64,000 bases of DNA from NCBI GenBank assembly GCA_007376135.1, contig VMFR01000003.1:11660-75659 (forward strand), given 5' to 3'. The position numbers and the translations under genes were made by a program. The first letter of the stretch is position 1. Each line of letters starts with the position of its first letter. Positions 61,338 to 64,000 of the stretch are shown one piece after another. This DNA is from Parcubacteria group bacterium Gr01-1014_31. GTDB lineage: Bacteria > Patescibacteriota > Patescibacteriia > Buchananbacterales > GWA2-38-13. The notes beneath the pieces were generated by a model. The model saw only the letters and a list, made by a program, of their open reading frames with translations, was not told the DNA's origin and did not search any database.

Positions 61338-61485
61338 ATCCGATGGCGCTCTTTGCCGGGCTCCCCACAACCTTTAAACGGTTTATGGGGAGCTCTTTTT
61401 TGTCCACTACGTAGTTCGTGCCTCATCATTGGTGCAAACAAAAAAAACCTCGCGGAGGAGATGGTACGTCGCTTCCCGAAGCGTG

Positions 61486-61872
61486 CTATCTTATCGCTTG
61501 CCAGCGTTCCGGCAGCAAGTCTGCAAGTTTAATCATGCGATCTTCGGCCAGCATAACTTCGGTATCAATATTGTCGTGATTCACTTGGTAGATCATTTCT
61601 CTACAACGGCCGCAGGGCGGCACAATGTTGCCGTTGCTGTCAACCGCGACGATCGCGGTGATACGGCTTTCACCGCCGGCCACCATGCTGGCAATGGCGC
61701 TTTGCTCGGCGCAAAACCCGATGCCGCAAGCGGCGTCGATACTGGTCCCAACATACATGTTGCCCCGGTCGGTTTGCAGCGCACAGCCCACTTCGCCCAC
61801 CACGCATTCCGGCGTCAGGGTACGGGTATTCGTGAGTGCCTGTGCTTTTTTGTACAGCTGTGTATGCTGCAT
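61486..61872 (-). CDS. cdd: cytidine deaminase family protein
   Basis: CAEQ and PCGRCRE. Confidence 0.85.
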   Translation of the reverse strand: MQHTQLYKKAQALTNTRTLTPECVVGEVGCALQTDRGNMYVGTSIDAACGIGFCAEQSAIASMVAGGESRITAIVAVDSNGNIVPPCGRCREMIYQVNHDNIDTEVMLAEDRMIKLADLLPERWQAIR

Positions 61873-61941
61873 AGTAAGTTGCCCTTAGTATAGCAGAGGA
61901 TTAAACAAAAACACCTCCCCAGAAGGGGAGATGTCTTTAGG

Positions 61942-62013
61942 GGTGGCTAACGGGAATCGAACCCGTGCTAAAGGCGCCACAGGCCTCTGTGCTACCTCTA
62001 CACCATAGCCACC
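61942..62013 (-). tRNA. tRNA-His (GUG) with G-1, CCA not encoded
   Basis: acceptor GTGGCTA/TAGCCAC, anticodon loop CTGTGGC, T-loop TTCGATT. Confidence 0.93.
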
Positions 62014-62204
62014 ATAGATAGATTTTCAACCCGTCGTTCCCCCTCCTATATATAGGAGGGAATTTCGCCTCGTTTTTGTCAGCACGCCTTTCCCCCCGGT
62101 ACGAGTCGCCCCGCCATTCGGGGGTACCCGCGTCGGTTAAACCCCCACCCTGCCAGATGAGGCAGCCACTTTTTGCGGGTGCTCTATTTACCCCGCGCCT
62201 TTCA

Positions 62205-62275
62205 TCCCCCCGGAGAGAATCGAACTCCCATACCCGGCTTAGAAGTCCGGCGTTCTTCCATTAAACTACGGGGGG
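62205..62275 (-). tRNA. tRNA-Arg (UCU), CCA not encoded
   Basis: acceptor CCCCCCG/CGGGGGG, anticodon loop CTTCTAA, T-loop TTCGATT. Confidence 0.92.
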
Positions 62276-62424
62276 TGGAAAGGTGCGGGGTCCATTGTCC
62301 CGCCGCTGGCGGGATCCGCCCAATGGCGGAAGCTACGGGGGGCGGGGAAAGGTGTGCCGACAAACCGGTCTGGAAAGGGCGCGAGTGCGGAATTGGTGCA
62401 CGATACCAAAATTTTACGGTTGCG

Positions 62425-63324
62425 TCAATCGTCCGCCGCCTTTTTCCTCGGCGGCAGGTAGCGCTTGGTGGTGGCAAGCGACGCGTGGCCCAACCGCGTG
62501 CGGACGGTTTCCAGGTCGTTGCCGGCTTCCACCAGGCTGGCGGCGACCGTGTGGCGCAGGACGCGGGGCTGTACCGTTTTCCCCAGGCCGGCGGCGCGGG
62601 CGTATTTCTGCACCAACCGTTGTACCGACCGCGGGGTCAGCCCGGCTGGAGCCGTCCGCTTGGCTCGTCCCGCGGTTCTGGCGGCCGGGTCGTGTCGGAC
62701 GAACAGCTGCGGCGCGCCGTCCACGCGCAGCTTGAGGTAGCGTTCGATCCAGTAGCGGGCTTGATTCCCTAGGGGTACCGTCCGCACGCGGTTCCCGTGG
62801 CTGACGATGGCTAGCGTCGAGCCGTCGGCGGTGATGCTGTCGCGCCGCAGCCGCGACAGTTCGCCGACCCGCACGCCGGTGGTGCAGAGCAGCTCCAGGA
62901 TGGCGCGGTCGCGGTGCTGCTGCAGGGCTCTGCCTTCCAGTTTGAAGGGTAATTCCAGCAGTTTGTTGATACCCGTGGTTTCCACGCGGCGTGGTTGGCG
63001 GGAGGGCATCGGGTCCAGCCGGATCAGTCTTGGCTCCAACACCGGACGGCCCGCGGTGCGGAGGTATGCGGCAAATCCCCGCAGCGCGGTGAGGTGGTAG
63101 TTGATGGTCGGTGTGCGCAACAGCACGTCCCCGTCGCGCCGCAGCCAGAGGCGGAACCGTTCGACCGCTTGCAACGTGAGCTCGGAGATCATCGTCGTCC
63201 CGGTGGCCGTGACGAATCGCTGGAGGTAAAGTCGGTAGTTGGTGGCCGTTTGTGCGTTGCGCCCTTTGGCCGTCTGCAGCGAGTGCAGGTAGGCGGCGAT
63301 GGCGTCGTTCAATTCCCCGGGCAT
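62425..63324 (-). CDS. XerC/D-like tyrosine recombinase with altered catalytic motifs
   Basis: RDRAILELL..TGVRVGEL, LRHT.A, LGHASLATTKRY. Confidence 0.88.
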   Translation of the reverse strand: MPGELNDAIAAYLHSLQTAKGRNAQTATNYRLYLQRFVTATGTTMISELTLQAVERFRLWLRRDGDVLLRTPTINYHLTALRGFAAYLRTAGRPVLEPRLIRLDPMPSRQPRRVETTGINKLLELPFKLEGRALQQHRDRAILELLCTTGVRVGELSRLRRDSITADGSTLAIVSHGNRVRTVPLGNQARYWIERYLKLRVDGAPQLFVRHDPAARTAGRAKRTAPAGLTPRSVQRLVQKYARAAGLGKTVQPRVLRHTVAASLVEAGNDLETVRTRLGHASLATTKRYLPPRKKAADD

Positions 63325-63375
63325 ATGACGGTATTTTACGACGCCCGACTGCCCGGGGCAAGCCGGAGCGCAGTC

Positions 63376-63404
63376 TTGCCAAGAGCGCCAACCTGTGCTA
63401 GAGT
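63376..63404 (+). promoter_or_regulatory. promoter for rpsO
   Basis: TTGCCA-N17-TAGAGT with an extended TG. Confidence 0.55.
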
Positions 63405-63591
63405 AGCGCCACTAGACACGACTGCGGCGGTGCGCGCCAGTGCCAGGCGGCGTCGCGGCAGCCCGTGGGGAAGCACGGCCATTCGGCACCATCCGCACCG
63501 CGGAACGACAAACGAGGGAATCGTTTTGTCCGGTCAGAATGCGACGTGCAGCGCCGGACGTTTTTTATTCTTCAATAGGCACGTCAACGCT

Positions 63592-63963
63592 ATGCTCGAA
63601 AAGAAGCTCAAAGCCAAGATCATTAGCAAGTTCAAGACGCACGAGGGCGACACCGGTTCCTCGCAGGTGCAGATCGCCATCTTGACCGAGGAGGTCAAGC
63701 AGCTGACCAAGCACTTGAAGGACCACAAGAACGATTTTTCCTCGCGGCGCGGACTTCTCCGCAAGGTCGCTGAACGGCGGAAGCTCCTCAACTATCTTTA
63801 CTGGGAGGACCAGCCCGCTTTTGAAAAGCTGGCCGAAGCGCTCAAGCTGAAAGTGGTCAAACCCAGCAAGGGCGGCCCGACGGTCGCCGAACTGGCCGCG
63901 CTCGCGGCCGCCGACGAGGGGCACGGCACCGAGGCGGAAGCGACAACCGAAGCAACAGCATAA
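63592..63963 (+). CDS. rpsO: 30S ribosomal protein S15 with a C-terminal extension
   Basis: DTGSSQVQIAILT, HKNDFSSRRGLL..RRKLLNYL. Confidence 0.96.
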   Translation: MLEKKLKAKIISKFKTHEGDTGSSQVQIAILTEEVKQLTKHLKDHKNDFSSRRGLLRKVAERRKLLNYLYWEDQPAFEKLAEALKLKVVKPSKGGPTVAELAALAAADEGHGTEAEATTEATA

Positions 63964-64000
63964 CGGGACGCGCCGGCTTGTGTCGGCGCTGTTCGTTTGC

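Noticed and set aside
62293-62335. cccgcc-gct-ggcggg / tccgcc-caat-ggcgga twin hairpin as an RNA gene
   Set aside because: Looks like a short REP-like doublet; single copy in the window and no family assignable.
61942-63324. Prophage or island integrated at the tRNAs
   Set aside because: No duplicated tRNA 3' end and no phage genes; the recombinase sits beside rpsO like a chromosomal Xer.

Overview
GC-rich bacterial chromosome segment read with the standard code (TGA is used as a stop). Gene content and style suggest a Patescibacteria/CPR (Parcubacteria-like) genome; this is inference, not a search result. Left to right: 3' part of valS, tyrS, six tandem GT-C-fold membrane glycosyltransferases, a GAF-ANTAR regulator and glnA with a twin-hairpin ANTAR antiterminator leader, an FNR-like reductase, a full SUF operon, a full F0F1 atp operon, cell-wall peptidases, trmH, nucleases, queA, typA, nnrD, DsbA, a histidine kinase, a Gly-rich lipoprotein, a four-helix-bundle gene, a sugar epimerase, pyrD-like, pyk, cdd, tRNA-His, tRNA-Arg(UCU), a divergent Xer-like recombinase and rpsO. 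The most unusual signal is non-coding. (1) A family of ~100-bp elements with conserved 16-bp inverted ends (CCCSGTAGKACAACGG...CCGTTGTMCTACSGGG), unrelated interiors and a duplicated TATG sits exactly on the start codons of four unrelated genes; related CCCCG...CGGGG elements occur elsewhere, one enclosing a tRNA gene. (2) Inverted 7-nt repeat arrays flank the four-helix-bundle gene, recur as empty copies at gene junctions, and appear as in-frame inserts in valS. All calls come from reading the sequence by eye; no database searches or folding programs were run.
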